A DNA stretch of 64,000 nucleotides from Thermodesulfobacteriota bacterium (GTDB lineage Bacteria; Desulfobacterota_D; UBA1144; Nemesobacterales; JAJCZQ01), in the NCBI GenBank assembly GCA_965215275.1, contig OZ244044.1, positions 1,024,001 to 1,088,000 of the forward strand, written 5' to 3'. Positions 29,151 to 40,046 of the stretch are shown piece after piece. How positions within the stretch are numbered: position 1 is the first letter of the stretch; the number at the start of each line of letters is the position of its first letter. The position numbers and the translations under genes are program-made. The notes below the pieces were generated by a model. That model did no database searches. It was not told the DNA's origin and saw only the letters and a program-made list of their open reading frames with translations.

Positions 29151-30872
29151 ATGGATCTACTATTCAAACCAAGAGACGTTAAATATACAGGTGACGGGGA
29201 ACTCCCATTTGGTAATTTTGAAAATACCCTTGAGTGGGAACCAATTACAAAATGCCTGGAAAAGGGAGCGGAAACGTTTCCGGAAAAACCGATGTTCAAA
29301 GTCGGAGATGGAGATGGGAATATAATAGAATCCTACACGTACAAGGAAACAAATGATTGGTCGAACAAGGTTGCCAACGGACTGATCGAAGACTTCGGGA
29401 TAAGCAAAGGTGATAAAGTCGGGATGTACATGCTTAACTGTTCTCAATACGTGGTCTCGATAATCGCCATACATAAAGCAGGAGCGGTGCAGGTACCTAT
29501 AAACAAGGACGAAAAAGGTGAGCGGCTTGCTTATGTAATCAACTACTCGGAGATGAGGTGCCTTATAATCGATGAAGGCAGTATAGAGTTCCTGTCCGAT
29601 ATAGCGGACAGTATAGACAACCTGGAATGCATCTTCGTAACTTCCGAGAAGGCACCGGCAAAGATAGGCAATATAAAGGTACTTCCGTTTTCGGAATTTG
29701 ATAAATATAAATCCGCCAATCCCGGCGTGGAGGTTTCCACATCGGATATGGAAAGATGCATGTTCACATCCGGAACCACGGGTATGCCCAAGGGAGTTGC
29801 ACGTGACCACGGCGGCGTGGTCATGACCGTGCGCAGCTACCTGCAGCAGCAGGGGATCAGAAGTGAAGACACTTTGATGAGCATATTGTCCCTTGGACAT
29901 GCAAATGCTCAGGTTATGTGTCTTTTCAGTTCCATGGGTGCAGGTGCAACCGCGATATTCTTCCCAAGGTTTTCCGCCTCCAATTTCTGGAAATGGGCTG
30001 CTAACTGCGGAGCCACCTGTGTGAATATGCTGGGCGCCGTGGCAGAATACCTGTGGGCTGCTCCCGAATCAGAATGGGACAATAAACACAAGATAAGGAT
30101 CATGCTCGGATCTCCCGCTCCAAGAAATCTGCCTGAGTTCCAGGAGAGGTTCGGAGTACGGGTAATAGACGGTTATGGTTCGACCGAAATGGGTATGGTC
30201 CTCTGGAAAGACCCCGAAGATCACAGACCGGGTTCTTCCGGATTTGTCATGGAGGGTTATTACACGGAACTCAGAAATCCAGACAACACGGACGAGGTCG
30301 TAAGACCTTTCTGGAACCCAAGCGACAATATAACTCCTCCGGACGATGCAAAAGGACTGCTGTTTATCAAACCCCTCGTTCCTCACACGACCCTGAACGA
30401 GTACTTTAAGGACGAGAGAAGAACAAGAGAAGCCTTTGATGACGAAGGGTTCTTTAATTCCGATGATATCTTTGCAAGAGGAATAGATGGAAGGTACTAC
30501 TTCGTGGGCAGGTTCAGCAGAATAAGGGTCTCTGGTGAAAACGTAGACCCGGTTGCCGTTCAGGACGTTGCAAACGAGTATCCCGCCATTCAGGAGGCGA
30601 TCGCCGTGGGGATCAGACTTCCAAACGTTTCCGACGATGAGATAAAGCTCTGTATAACCGTCAAGCAGGGTGATGACTTTGACCCGGTCGAGTTCTGCCA
30701 CTGGATGGCAGAAAGGGTAATGGTTGCCATGGTTCCAAGGTTTATCGAAATATATAAAGATGGTTTTCCAGTAACTGCAACGCAGAAGATCAAGGTTGCC
30801 GAGATCAAGGAAATTACCGACGAAACGTGGGACAGGAACAAAGCCGGGGTAAAGTTCAGCGCAAGAAAGTAA
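29151..30872 (+). CDS. AMP-binding acyl-CoA ligase (CaiC-like), paralog 2
   Basis: FTSGTTGMPKG, YGSTE, SGENVDP; collinear with 21286-23010. Confidence 0.88.
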   Translation: MDLLFKPRDVKYTGDGELPFGNFENTLEWEPITKCLEKGAETFPEKPMFKVGDGDGNIIESYTYKETNDWSNKVANGLIEDFGISKGDKVGMYMLNCSQYVVSIIAIHKAGAVQVPINKDEKGERLAYVINYSEMRCLIIDEGSIEFLSDIADSIDNLECIFVTSEKAPAKIGNIKVLPFSEFDKYKSANPGVEVSTSDMERCMFTSGTTGMPKGVARDHGGVVMTVRSYLQQQGIRSEDTLMSILSLGHANAQVMCLFSSMGAGATAIFFPRFSASNFWKWAANCGATCVNMLGAVAEYLWAAPESEWDNKHKIRIMLGSPAPRNLPEFQERFGVRVIDGYGSTEMGMVLWKDPEDHRPGSSGFVMEGYYTELRNPDNTDEVVRPFWNPSDNITPPDDAKGLLFIKPLVPHTTLNEYFKDERRTREAFDDEGFFNSDDIFARGIDGRYYFVGRFSRIRVSGENVDPVAVQDVANEYPAIQEAIAVGIRLPNVSDDEIKLCITVKQGDDFDPVEFCHWMAERVMVAMVPRFIEIYKDGFPVTATQKIKVAEIKEITDETWDRNKAGVKFSARK

Positions 30873-31339
30873 GTAAAGCAGATATTCAGGATCTGGATGA
30901 AAAATTCATGCACCTCGCGTTCAAGGAGGCACAGAAAGCGAGGTGCATGAACGAGATCCCCGTTGGTGCGGTCTTAACCGACAAATACCATAATATAATT
31001 TCAAAAGCACACAATCTGAAAGAGACTGATCAGAATCCGCTCTCTCACGCCGAAATCCTCGTCATTGAGCAAGCCTCAAAGAGGCTGAATACCTGGAGAC
31101 TGCTCAATACTACCCTGTACGTTACTTTAGAACCGTGCGTCATGTGTATGGGCGCTATTGTAAACTCCCGTATTGAAAGGGTCGTTTTCGGCACTGCTGA
31201 CCCAAAAGCCGGAGGCCTGACAAGTTTATATAATATAGGTGCGGACGGTAAGTTAAATCACAGAGTTAAATACACTCAAGGTATCCTACGATCCGAATGC
31301 AGTAATATCCTGAAAGACTTCTTTAAAAGCAGAAGATAA
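30827..31339 (+). CDS. tadA: tRNA adenosine(34) deaminase
   Basis: EIPVGAV, HAE, TLEPCVMC motifs; start codon uncertain. Confidence 0.92.
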   Translation: MGQEQSRGKVQRKKVSKADIQDLDEKFMHLAFKEAQKARCMNEIPVGAVLTDKYHNIISKAHNLKETDQNPLSHAEILVIEQASKRLNTWRLLNTTLYVTLEPCVMCMGAIVNSRIERVVFGTADPKAGGLTSLYNIGADGKLNHRVKYTQGILRSECSNILKDFFKSRR

Positions 31340-31343
31340 CAGA

Positions 31344-31991
31344 TCAGCCGCTGTTTGAAGGCTTTACCAGTATCTTTTTGTAATCACCCTCATCAATGGT
31401 ATCAAAATCAATGTCTCTTTCTTTTTTAAGGGCTATATAGGCAAGGCGCCTTTCACCAGCGGACATTCTGGTCAGGTAACTCTTTTTCTTTGTTCTGCGA
31501 ACCTTGTTAATTACATCCGACACTATCTTATTGATAGTTTCCTCTTTTTTACTGATATATCCGTCAACGTCTATATAAACCCTTTTGTCCCTGCCTGATT
31601 TACAATCCCTTGAAGCTATTCTGCCAATGAGGTATTCCAGTGCCCTTAAAGTCTCACCTCGCTTTCCGATAATGTAACCTTTTTCTCCGCTCATATTAAT
31701 GTCGAGCTTTATCCTTTCCGGCTTTTCATCAAGAACGACCGAGGACGCAGAGACAAGATATTTAAGTATGTTTTCCAAGACCTTTTTTGACTTTAATCCC
31801 TTATCACTGACCATTTCGTTCGTAACGCTTACCTTGACCCTGGCCAGTCTTTCTCCGATCCCCAGCACCCCTTTTGAGGCTTCTCTAATCACTTCTATTT
31901 CAACATCGTTCCTTGATACTCCCAGTTCCTCACATGCACTTATAATTGCCTCGGAAACCGTTTTTCCTTCTGTTTCAATCTCAATTGCCAT
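31344..31991 (-). CDS. jag: Jag/EloR (KhpB) RNA-binding protein
   Basis: Jag_N (EGKTVSEAI), KH IIGKRGETL, degenerate R3H; downstream of yidC. Confidence 0.85.
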   Translation of the reverse strand: MAIEIETEGKTVSEAIISACEELGVSRNDVEIEVIREASKGVLGIGERLARVKVSVTNEMVSDKGLKSKKVLENILKYLVSASSVVLDEKPERIKLDINMSGEKGYIIGKRGETLRALEYLIGRIASRDCKSGRDKRVYIDVDGYISKKEETINKIVSDVINKVRRTKKKSYLTRMSAGERRLAYIALKKERDIDFDTIDEGDYKKILVKPSNSG

Positions 31992-31993
31992 TC

Positions 31994-33691
31994 TTATGCT
32001 CCTTTCTTCTCAATGTGAACGGTTTTGTTTATATATATCTGTTGTCCTATTGATAAAATATTACTTACAGTCCAGTACAGTATCAACCCTGAAGGCAGTC
32101 CCCAGAACATGACCGTAAATATGATCGGTAAAAACTGCATCATTTTCATCTGAAGTTCCATACTTTCACTTGCCGGAGCAACTCCCGTCGGGGTCATCTT
32201 CTGCGATACAAACCACGATATACCCATTGCAAGAGGCAGTATCCTGAAGGGAATGGCAAAATCACCGAATATCGGTATATCGAACAGATGCTCGGGTTCG
32301 GCCAGATCAGCTATCCATAAAAAGGCACTCTGCCTTAGATCTATCGAGTATAAAAGCACGTCGTACAACGCTACAAAAACAGGAAGCTGAAGCAGCAGGG
32401 GAAAACAGCCTCCGAGACTGCTCAGAGGATTGACCCCGTGGCTGGTGTAGAGTTTCATAAGCTCCGCGTTCTGCTTTGTTTTGTCATCCTTATATTTTTC
32501 CTTCATTGCATCGATCTTGGGCTTCAGGTCCGTCATCTTTACCTGCATCGCCTTCATGGACCTCATGCTCTTCAGGGTCAGAGGAAGGAACAGAACTCGT
32601 AAGATCACGGTGATAGCTATTATGGAAATACCGTAATTGTGAAAGATGGAGTTTAACATTTTCAGGAACTTCAAAGCTACTTTTGCTAAAACTTCTATCC
32701 ATCCGTAGTTTATTGCCTGCTCCAGACCATATCCGATCGATTGTAAGTTCTTTGGTTCTTTGGGCCCAAGGTAAAATTTCCACTTCGTCGTGCTGCTGTA
32801 GCCGTCGTTGACCCTGCTCCTGGGATAAGAGAACTCTGCATTTATCAGATCGTTGTTTCCTATCGTGTTGATCAATACCGAACTGTTACTTCCGGTCCCT
32901 GGTATGATAGCGGTCAGAAAGTACTTATCTCCGAAACCGAACCAGTTTACCTGTCCGCTCAGCCGTTCAGGCTGACTCGGAGGTTGAGACAGTTTCTTGA
33001 GTTCGTTGTTGATAAAAACGTAAAGTTCATTGTTACCCGTGCCTCTGATCCCTTCCGACTTAACTGCTCCAAAGGTCTGAAAGGCAATTCTGTATCTCTG
33101 CTGAACTCCGCTGCTGTTGCCAAGTGTGAGGGATTCGTCAATCGAGTAGTTTGCAGTATCGAACTCGATCGTCTTTATAATCTCCAGCCCGTCCTCGTTC
33201 TTGTACCTAAGCGTTATACCTTTGTTCTCATCACCAAGGCTTATATCGCTTCTGCCTTCATATCTGTATGGAACGAGAGAAGGAACGGCGGATTTTTCCA
33301 AATCAATGGTGGAAAAGACCCTGTTCCTGCCGTTAATCAGATTTACAGGTGGAGAATCATCGTCCGTGGTACTGGCGTAGTTTTTAAGTTCCCACTTTGT
33401 CACCCTGCCGCCAAGCGTGTCTATCTCCGCTCTGTAAAGCGGGGAATCGACCCTGATGATCGTTCCCTGCATATCGCTTTCCACCAGACTCTCGTATTTG
33501 CTGGTTGCATCAACGGGTGCAGCCTCCTCTTTTGTGGAAGCTGGAACTTCCCTGGAGATGGACTTCGGTCCTGTAGCTCCTTCTTCCTGCTTCGGTGCGA
33601 ACATATACTGAAATCCAAAAATGACCAGAAAGGAAAGAGCTAGAAAGATAATATAGTTAAATGTAAATCCACTTTTCATTTTTTCTCCCAA
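31994..33691 (-). CDS. yidC: Membrane protein insertase YidC
   Basis: NYGISIIAIT, GGCFPLLLQLPVF, LPSGLILYW. Confidence 0.95.
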   Translation of the reverse strand: MGEKMKSGFTFNYIIFLALSFLVIFGFQYMFAPKQEEGATGPKSISREVPASTKEEAAPVDATSKYESLVESDMQGTIIRVDSPLYRAEIDTLGGRVTKWELKNYASTTDDDSPPVNLINGRNRVFSTIDLEKSAVPSLVPYRYEGRSDISLGDENKGITLRYKNEDGLEIIKTIEFDTANYSIDESLTLGNSSGVQQRYRIAFQTFGAVKSEGIRGTGNNELYVFINNELKKLSQPPSQPERLSGQVNWFGFGDKYFLTAIIPGTGSNSSVLINTIGNNDLINAEFSYPRSRVNDGYSSTTKWKFYLGPKEPKNLQSIGYGLEQAINYGWIEVLAKVALKFLKMLNSIFHNYGISIIAITVILRVLFLPLTLKSMRSMKAMQVKMTDLKPKIDAMKEKYKDDKTKQNAELMKLYTSHGVNPLSSLGGCFPLLLQLPVFVALYDVLLYSIDLRQSAFLWIADLAEPEHLFDIPIFGDFAIPFRILPLAMGISWFVSQKMTPTGVAPASESMELQMKMMQFLPIIFTVMFWGLPSGLILYWTVSNILSIGQQIYINKTVHIEKKGA

Positions 33692-33930
33692 GGTTCTGCA
33701 GAACGTTTAATTACCGGATCATATCCGCCGGCACACATGGGATTGCACCTTAAAACCCTTTTAAAGGTCAGCCATATCCCACCTAAAACCCCATGCTCAA
33801 GCAACGACAGCCGGGAGTATTCAGAACAGGAAGGATAGAACCTGCAGGAATTTGGCAGCAAGGGAGAAAAAACCGTTTTATATATCCTGATAAGCAGCAG
33901 AAAAATCCTTAAGCAAACTTTCTCAATCAT
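33676..33930 (-). CDS. yidD: Membrane protein insertion efficiency factor YidD
   Basis: SPLLPNSCRFYPSCSEY, RCNP, GGYDPV. Start ATG 33930 preferred. Confidence 0.92.
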   Translation of the reverse strand: MIEKVCLRIFLLLIRIYKTVFSPLLPNSCRFYPSCSEYSRLSLLEHGVLGGIWLTFKRVLRCNPMCAGGYDPVIKRSAEPWEKK

Positions 33931-34291
33931 ATTTATTAAATCGTCTGGAACTTCGTATGTTACTCTCGATCGTATCTGGCTTCCAGGTTGAAATATCTCT
34001 TTTGCATATAAATATAATGTCTTTGGAACCAAAAAGGGATTTGTTGTACCTGAAATACTCTCTGAACAGTCTTTTGACCCTGTTCCTTATAACGGACTTT
34101 TTTGAGATCTTCTTACTGACAATATAACCCACCCTAGAGTATCCGAAATCATTGGAACCATAAACTACGTCAAAACTTTCAAACCTGACCCTCTTTCCAC
34201 CTTTCAACAGACGCTCAAAGTCTTTACTTCTGCGTAAGACCCGTTCCTTCGAAAGGCGTCCGTCCAAAGCCCCTTCGTTTATTTTTTCCAT
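33923..34291 (-). CDS. rnpA: Ribonuclease P protein component
   Basis: [19 protein letters not shown] (RNR motif); lies between rpmH and yidD. Confidence 0.92.
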   Translation of the reverse strand: MEKINEGALDGRLSKERVLRRSKDFERLLKGGKRVRFESFDVVYGSNDFGYSRVGYIVSKKISKKSVIRNRVKRLFREYFRYNKSLFGSKDIIFICKRDISTWKPDTIESNIRSSRRFNKYD

Positions 34292-34428
34292 CTCTGCACA
34301 GTAAGGCTGTGCCTGCCTTTTGCCAACCTTCTTCTCAGAACTCGGCGACCTGCCTTGGTACTTATCCTCTCACGAAACCCGTGAGTCCTCATCCTTTTTT
34401 TTACGTGCGGCTGATATGTTCTTTTCAT
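34279..34428 (-). CDS. rpmH: 50S ribosomal protein L34 (not in ORF track)
   Basis: Manual translation: [49 protein letters not shown]. Confidence 0.95.
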   Translation of the reverse strand: MKRTYQPHVKKRMRTHGFRERISTKAGRRVLRRRLAKGRHSLTVQRWKK

Positions 34429-34770
34429 CTCTATAAAAGGTGAAAATTTACATGATTTATTTCCCTGGTCAAGAATAATGTTACTTATTTTCTTCCGGTC
34501 AGGTTCTGCTCGCCGCGATCAGTACAGCTAAGTATGTGTCTAAACGGCAGATGGACAGCCGTGAACCGTCCTGTACAAGGACCGCAAACAGTATCAGACA
34601 AGAGATAACAGGACCAGCCTTATACACTTATCTTTAAGAACTATAGTCCACTTTCTCAACAGATGAACTGCAACGGCTGTATCACCAAAACCCGAAATTG
34701 ACTTTTACATAATCTGTAATACCGGTTAAACTGTCAGGAACTTATTAAAGTATAATTCAGGTTAAACGTT

Positions 34771-34992
34771 ATGATCATTGAGGGATTGAAATTAATGGTT
34801 CTGGGGATGGTGATAGTCTATGTTTTTTTAACGGTTCTGCTGGTGCTGGTCCGTCTTTCCGCAGATGTTATTAAAAAACGTATGCCGCTTCCGACCTCAG
34901 GTTCACGCTCTGCCTCTGCAAGGAACAACGATCTCATTGCTGTACTGTCTGCTGCAATATCCGCGTACAGAAGCAAGAACTCTAATAAATAA
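34771..34992 (+). CDS. oadG: Na+-pumping decarboxylase gamma subunit (OadG family)
   Basis: GLKLMVLGMVIVYVFL TM segment and IAVLSAAI motif; first gene of oadGAB. Confidence 0.85.
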   Translation: MIIEGLKLMVLGMVIVYVFLTVLLVLVRLSADVIKKRMPLPTSGSRSASARNNDLIAVLSAAISAYRSKNSNK

Positions 34993-35005
34993 AGGTCTAT
35001 AGCTT

Positions 35006-36820
35006 ATGAAAAAAATACTATTTCAGGATACATCTTTCAGAGATGGTTTTCAGTCGTTCTTTGGTGCAAGGGTACTGACGGAAGACTTTATACCCGCGGT
35101 AGAAGCCGCAGCCCATGCGGGCATTACCCATTTTGAAGCTGGTGGAGGTGCAAGGTTTCAAAGTCTCTTCCTGTACTGCGGCGAGTCAGCTTTCGATATG
35201 ATGGACAGGTTCCGCGAAGCCGCGGGACCTGACGCGAACCTGCAGACGCTTGCAAGAGGTATAAACGTCGTCGCTCTGTCACAGCAGCCTAAGGATATGA
35301 TAGACCTTCATGCAAAAATGTTTAAAAAACATGGCATTACCCATATAAGGAACTTTGATGCACTGAACGACGTCAGGAACCTTGAGTACTCGGGAAAGTG
35401 TATAAAAAGCTCCGGACTGCACCATCAGGCGGTCGTGACCCTTATGGAACTTCCTCCCGGATGTACGGGAGCACATGACGTTGATTTTTATATAAAGACC
35501 CTCAGAAAGATCCTGGATTCCGGCCTGCCGTTCGATTCTATCTGCTTCAAGGACGCTTCAGGAACGTCCAGTCAACACAAGATCTACGAAACCGTAAAAG
35601 CCGCAAGGAAGCTGGTGGGTAATGATACGATCCTGTGGATGCACACTCATGAAACGGCTTCTCAGGGAGTTTCTCAATACCTTGCCGCCATAAACGGCGG
35701 ATGCGACGGTATATGCGTGGCAAGAGCACCTGTTTCTGGCGGAACTTCGCAGCCCGATCTTATTTCAATGTGGAACGCCTTGAAAGGTACGGATTTCACA
35801 CTTGATATAGATGTGAACAAAATACTTGAAGCGAACGCAGTGTTCAGAGAACAGATGAAGGATTACTACTTTCCACCTGAAGCTCTGAAAGTTTCCTCGG
35901 AAGTGCTTCTGTCCCCAATGCCGGGAGGTGCGCTTACCGCTAACACGATGATGATGAGGGACACGGGAACTCTGCACCTGTACCCTCAGGTGATTGAGGC
36001 AATGTCCGAATGCGTTGCCAAAGGAGGATTTGGCACCTCGGTCACACCGGTTTCACAGTTTTACTTTCAGCAGGCCTATGCCAATGTAACACAGGGTGCA
36101 TGGAAGAAAATAACCGAAGGCTATGGGAATATGGTTCTTGGATATTTCGGTAAAACGCCGGTAAGTCCTGACCCGGAAGTTGTAAAGATCGCCGAAAAAC
36201 AGATGGAAAAACCCGTGTTTGACGGTAATCCGGTTGATATACTTGATCCTGGCATACCAAAGGCAAAAGCAGTGCTTGAAGAGAACGGACTGGAGATCAA
36301 CGACGAGAACGTATTCATAGTCGGTGCACTTGAAACCCCCGGTGGGAACAAGGGACTGGAGTTCCTTAAAGGTAACTTTACAGTTAACGTCAGAAAGGAA
36401 TCAGGAGATAAACAGCCTGAGGCAAAGCCAACTGCAAGAACTGCTTCCCCATCAGGACCGGAAAAATTCATAATCGCCGTCAATGGAAAGGACTACAGAG
36501 TAACGGTCAGAGAAGACGATCAGGAAATACAGGAAGTAAGTGAGGTAAAACCCAAACCTTCTGAACCAGCACCGAAAACCTCTCCTGACGTGTCAGGGGA
36601 CGTTGTGGAAGTTGCTGCAAACGTTCCTGGAAATATTTATAAAGTGGCGGTAAAAGCAGGAGATGAAGTAAACGAAAACGATACTTTAATAGTTCTTGAA
36701 GCTATGAAGATGGAAACTCCAGTAGCTTCCCCGTGCAGGGGAAGGGTGGATTCAGTTGAAGTGGAACAGGGGGACGTCGTGGAAACCGGACAGCTTCTGC
36801 TTACCATCAGTCCACAGTAA
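35006..36820 (+). CDS. oadA: Oxaloacetate decarboxylase alpha subunit-like carboxyltransferase + biotin carrier
   Basis: [13 protein letters not shown] metal ligands, MPGG, VTPVSQ, C-terminal EAMKM. Confidence 0.88.
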   Translation: MKKILFQDTSFRDGFQSFFGARVLTEDFIPAVEAAAHAGITHFEAGGGARFQSLFLYCGESAFDMMDRFREAAGPDANLQTLARGINVVALSQQPKDMIDLHAKMFKKHGITHIRNFDALNDVRNLEYSGKCIKSSGLHHQAVVTLMELPPGCTGAHDVDFYIKTLRKILDSGLPFDSICFKDASGTSSQHKIYETVKAARKLVGNDTILWMHTHETASQGVSQYLAAINGGCDGICVARAPVSGGTSQPDLISMWNALKGTDFTLDIDVNKILEANAVFREQMKDYYFPPEALKVSSEVLLSPMPGGALTANTMMMRDTGTLHLYPQVIEAMSECVAKGGFGTSVTPVSQFYFQQAYANVTQGAWKKITEGYGNMVLGYFGKTPVSPDPEVVKIAEKQMEKPVFDGNPVDILDPGIPKAKAVLEENGLEINDENVFIVGALETPGGNKGLEFLKGNFTVNVRKESGDKQPEAKPTARTASPSGPEKFIIAVNGKDYRVTVREDDQEIQEVSEVKPKPSEPAPKTSPDVSGDVVEVAANVPGNIYKVAVKAGDEVNENDTLIVLEAMKMETPVASPCRGRVDSVEVEQGDVVETGQLLLTISPQ

Positions 36821-36828
36821 ACCAGATA

Positions 36829-38127
36829 ATGAGAATTGTAGCCTGCCTGCTTTTTATAACGGTCCTGACCGGACTGTTCTCAAATGACCTTACACACGCC
36901 GCCGAGACGGTTTCATCCATTGAGATATCCCAGGCACAGGAAACTCCTTCCCTTCCCGGGTTTGGAGAACTTATATCCAATATAGCCGAAGCTACCGGTA
37001 TAAGCGGATTTATAGAAGGTAACAGGAACTCCTGGACGGACGGGCTGGGACGTCTGTTAATGATAATGATCGGGTTCCTGCTCCTTTATCTGGGAATTGC
37101 AAAAAAATTCGAACCTCTGCTTCTGGTAACCATTGCCTTCGGGTGTATCTTATCAAATATCCCCCTTGCCGGAATAAGTGAACCGGGGGGTATTATTTAC
37201 TATATTTACGATATAGGGATCAAAACGGGTATTTTCCCTCTGATAATCTTTATGGGAGTGGGAGCACTGACCGATTTCGGACCTCTTCTGGCAAACCCAA
37301 AGACCATCCTGCTTGGAGGAGCTGCACAGTTCGGTATCTTCACAACTGTGGTAGGTGCACTTGCACTTACGCAATACGTGCCGGGAATTGATTTTTCGTT
37401 CAAGGACGCCGCCTCTATCGGTATCATAGGAGGTGCGGATGGTCCCACTGCGATCTATCTGTCCTCTCAACTCTCACCCAGACTGCTGGGAGCGATCTCC
37501 ATAGCCGCTTATTCATATATGGCACTGGTGCCTATAATCCAGCCTCCTATAATGAAACTCCTGACAACAAAGGAAGAGAGAAAGATAAAAATGAGGCAGT
37601 TGAGACCGGTCGGAAAGACCGAAAAGATCATATTCCCTCTTATGGCGTTAACTCTTTGTACCCTTTTGCTGCCTTCGGCCGCACCACTTATCGGGTTTTT
37701 TATGTTCGGTAACCTGATGAGAGAATGCGGGGTCGTTGAAAGACTGTCCGACACGACGCGTAACGCACTGATAAATATAACGACCATATTTCTGGGGCTC
37801 GGAGTTGGTTCAAGACTGCTGGCTAATGAGTTCCTCACCCTGGAGACACTAGGGATATTACTGCTTGGAATCATTGCTTTCAGTATAGGTACGGCTTCAG
37901 GAGTGCTGATGGCAAAACTTATGAACCTGTTTTCCCCGACGAAACTCAATCCCCTGATCGGTTCAGCTGGCGTTTCTGCCGTTCCCATGGCCGCAAGGGT
38001 CTCTCAGGATATGGGAGCAAAGGAAGATCCCCAGAACATCCTTCTCATGCACGCAATGGGACCTAACGTTGCAGGCGTGGTGGGATCAGCGGTTGCCGCG
38101 GGTATGCTTCTTGCCGTTTTTCAGTAA
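36829..38127 (+). CDS. oadB: Na+-translocating decarboxylase beta subunit
   Basis: [30 protein letters not shown]. Confidence 0.95.
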   Translation: MRIVACLLFITVLTGLFSNDLTHAAETVSSIEISQAQETPSLPGFGELISNIAEATGISGFIEGNRNSWTDGLGRLLMIMIGFLLLYLGIAKKFEPLLLVTIAFGCILSNIPLAGISEPGGIIYYIYDIGIKTGIFPLIIFMGVGALTDFGPLLANPKTILLGGAAQFGIFTTVVGALALTQYVPGIDFSFKDAASIGIIGGADGPTAIYLSSQLSPRLLGAISIAAYSYMALVPIIQPPIMKLLTTKEERKIKMRQLRPVGKTEKIIFPLMALTLCTLLLPSAAPLIGFFMFGNLMRECGVVERLSDTTRNALINITTIFLGLGVGSRLLANEFLTLETLGILLLGIIAFSIGTASGVLMAKLMNLFSPTKLNPLIGSAGVSAVPMAARVSQDMGAKEDPQNILLMHAMGPNVAGVVGSAVAAGMLLAVFQ

Positions 38128-38139
38128 TATCAGATAAGT

Positions 38140-39594
38140 TCAGCCTGCCGCTTTGGCACCGTGTGAAGTTCTCCCGGTTAAAACCGTCATAACCGTAACC
38201 AGCGTGTTCACGCCAAGCAGTATGATATCCGTGCGCAGTCCCATAACCGCTTTTGGCACGATACCAAAGAGCGACATCAGGAACAACGCCAGACTGACCG
38301 TGGTAACGATCGGGATCAAAGCGTTGAACCTTCTTTGCTTGCAGAGAATGGACGTCATTATCATCGGAGACATAAGTGCCGTTCCCATAAATCCATGTAA
38401 AGCCAGCTGTATAAGGCTTTTGGAACTTTTAATGGCAACAATGAAAGAGGCAAAACAAAATACCAGTATAACCAGCTTTACAAACACTATCGGAGATATG
38501 TTCAGCCTTCTGCTGAACCTGGAAAAAGCATTGTTGATCTCCGACCCGAGGGCAAAGAACTGGGAGTCGGAAGTCGACATAGCAGCTGCCAGTATCCCTA
38601 TCAGGGCAATGGCACCTATAACGGCGTTCTGCTGCAGTATCAGTTTACCGATGAACTCGGGACCGCTCTCAGCAGATATGGCAACCGCACCGTAAAGTCC
38701 GATTATAAGTCCCGCTATAAGGAGAAGAAAAGTAAAGGAAGCATGCAGAACCGGAACTTTGCGCCTCTCGTCCAGCCCCTTGAGTATACTGAGCCTTGCA
38801 GTGAGCTGAGGCTGCGACAGTGGCAGCAGAACGATGGATATAAACCCCACTATAAGCCACTGCACTGAAAGAAGTCCCTTGGGACCGGGAGCTGACAGCA
38901 GTTCAGGGTTTGTTTCCGACACGGCCTGAACCAGTTTTCCGATCCCGCCAAAGTCAGACAGAACGATCGCTGCCATTATCCATATAACGATAAACAGCAT
39001 GACCCCCTGAAGTGCATCACAGTACATAATGCCCCTCAGACCACCTATGGACGAATAAAGATACATAAGCACCAGAATAATGACCGCCCAGCCCCATTGA
39101 GGAACGGGACCATTAAACAGGGAAACGTGAATATCAACTATACTGGCAAGAAGTCCAGACGCTCCCTTGATCTGAATAGCTATGTAGGGAACAAGAAATA
39201 TTACAAGTCCCACCACGTAGACGATGACCCCGTAGGAACCAAACGTTTCCCTGAGCAGGTCCGATATACTGCGAAACTCCCTCGCGGCTATCCTTTTTCT
39301 CAGCTTCAGCGAAAGCCATAACGTGAAGATGGCCAGCGCCATATCGGTTACTCCCAGGAATATCCACGTTGCAACTCCATGCACGCGGAAGAAGTTAGGC
39401 ATCCCTATAAGAATGAAAGTACTGTACAGGGTGGCAAAGAACGTCAGAAAACCGATTATCGTCCCCAGGTTGCCACCTGCGAGAAAGAACTGATGCTCAT
39501 CGCCCTTGTTCTTCCTGTTCCCCAGAACGGCAAGGCTTATGAGCACAACAAGGTATATCCCAGCAACTGCTATAAAAGTTATTCCCGTATTCAT
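38140..39594 (-). CDS. Sodium:solute symporter family protein
   Basis: FFLAGG, ATLYSTF, GGLRG...DALQG, AAAMSTSDS; many TM segments. Confidence 0.88.
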   Translation of the reverse strand: MNTGITFIAVAGIYLVVLISLAVLGNRKNKGDEHQFFLAGGNLGTIIGFLTFFATLYSTFILIGMPNFFRVHGVATWIFLGVTDMALAIFTLWLSLKLRKRIAAREFRSISDLLRETFGSYGVIVYVVGLVIFLVPYIAIQIKGASGLLASIVDIHVSLFNGPVPQWGWAVIILVLMYLYSSIGGLRGIMYCDALQGVMLFIVIWIMAAIVLSDFGGIGKLVQAVSETNPELLSAPGPKGLLSVQWLIVGFISIVLLPLSQPQLTARLSILKGLDERRKVPVLHASFTFLLLIAGLIIGLYGAVAISAESGPEFIGKLILQQNAVIGAIALIGILAAAMSTSDSQFFALGSEINNAFSRFSRRLNISPIVFVKLVILVFCFASFIVAIKSSKSLIQLALHGFMGTALMSPMIMTSILCKQRRFNALIPIVTTVSLALFLMSLFGIVPKAVMGLRTDIILLGVNTLVTVMTVLTGRTSHGAKAAG

Positions 39595-39625
39595 GTACGT
39601 CTCTTTTTTAATGTAAGGGGGTCAG

Positions 39626-39865
39626 TTACTTTCTGTCACCATCCGTGGTCAGCATTGCCAGAACGAGTATCACGTATACAGAAAGTGATATAAGTATCCC
39701 GCTCCACAGGGTCCTTGGAAGTCCCAGAAAATACGGCTCTGACACTCCATAAGGAATTACCAGAGGAGTAAACGATATGACCGACAGGATTAATACGACC
39801 ACCCCGTAAAGTGTCCAACGGATTCGTATACTGTTTTTCATACTGGATTGAAAGCAGCTGATCAC
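39626..39865 (-). CDS. Small two-TM protein upstream of the SSS transporter
   Basis: Two hydrophobic helices and a PYFLGLP motif, in the position usual for SSS accessory subunits. Confidence 0.6.
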   Translation of the reverse strand: MISCFQSSMKNSIRIRWTLYGVVVLILSVISFTPLVIPYGVSEPYFLGLPRTLWSGILISLSVYVILVLAMLTTDGDRK

Positions 39866-40046
39866 ATACCGATATTAGTAATAAAGAGCATTTTACTTAA
39901 AATAATGAGCGAGTGTCAAGGTAAGCCGTGATAACGCCTGCTTTAAAGTCGGAGATACGGAAGTACATAACCCCATGAAACAAAGCGTCCTTGGTCGTTC
40001 TCTCTGTTGACTTAAAAAACCTTATCGTTAACATTAAAATCGTCCT

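Noticed and set aside
34429..34770. oriC/dnaA expected upstream of rpmH
   Set aside because: There is no dnaA gene and no cluster of TTATCCACA boxes; oadG follows instead.
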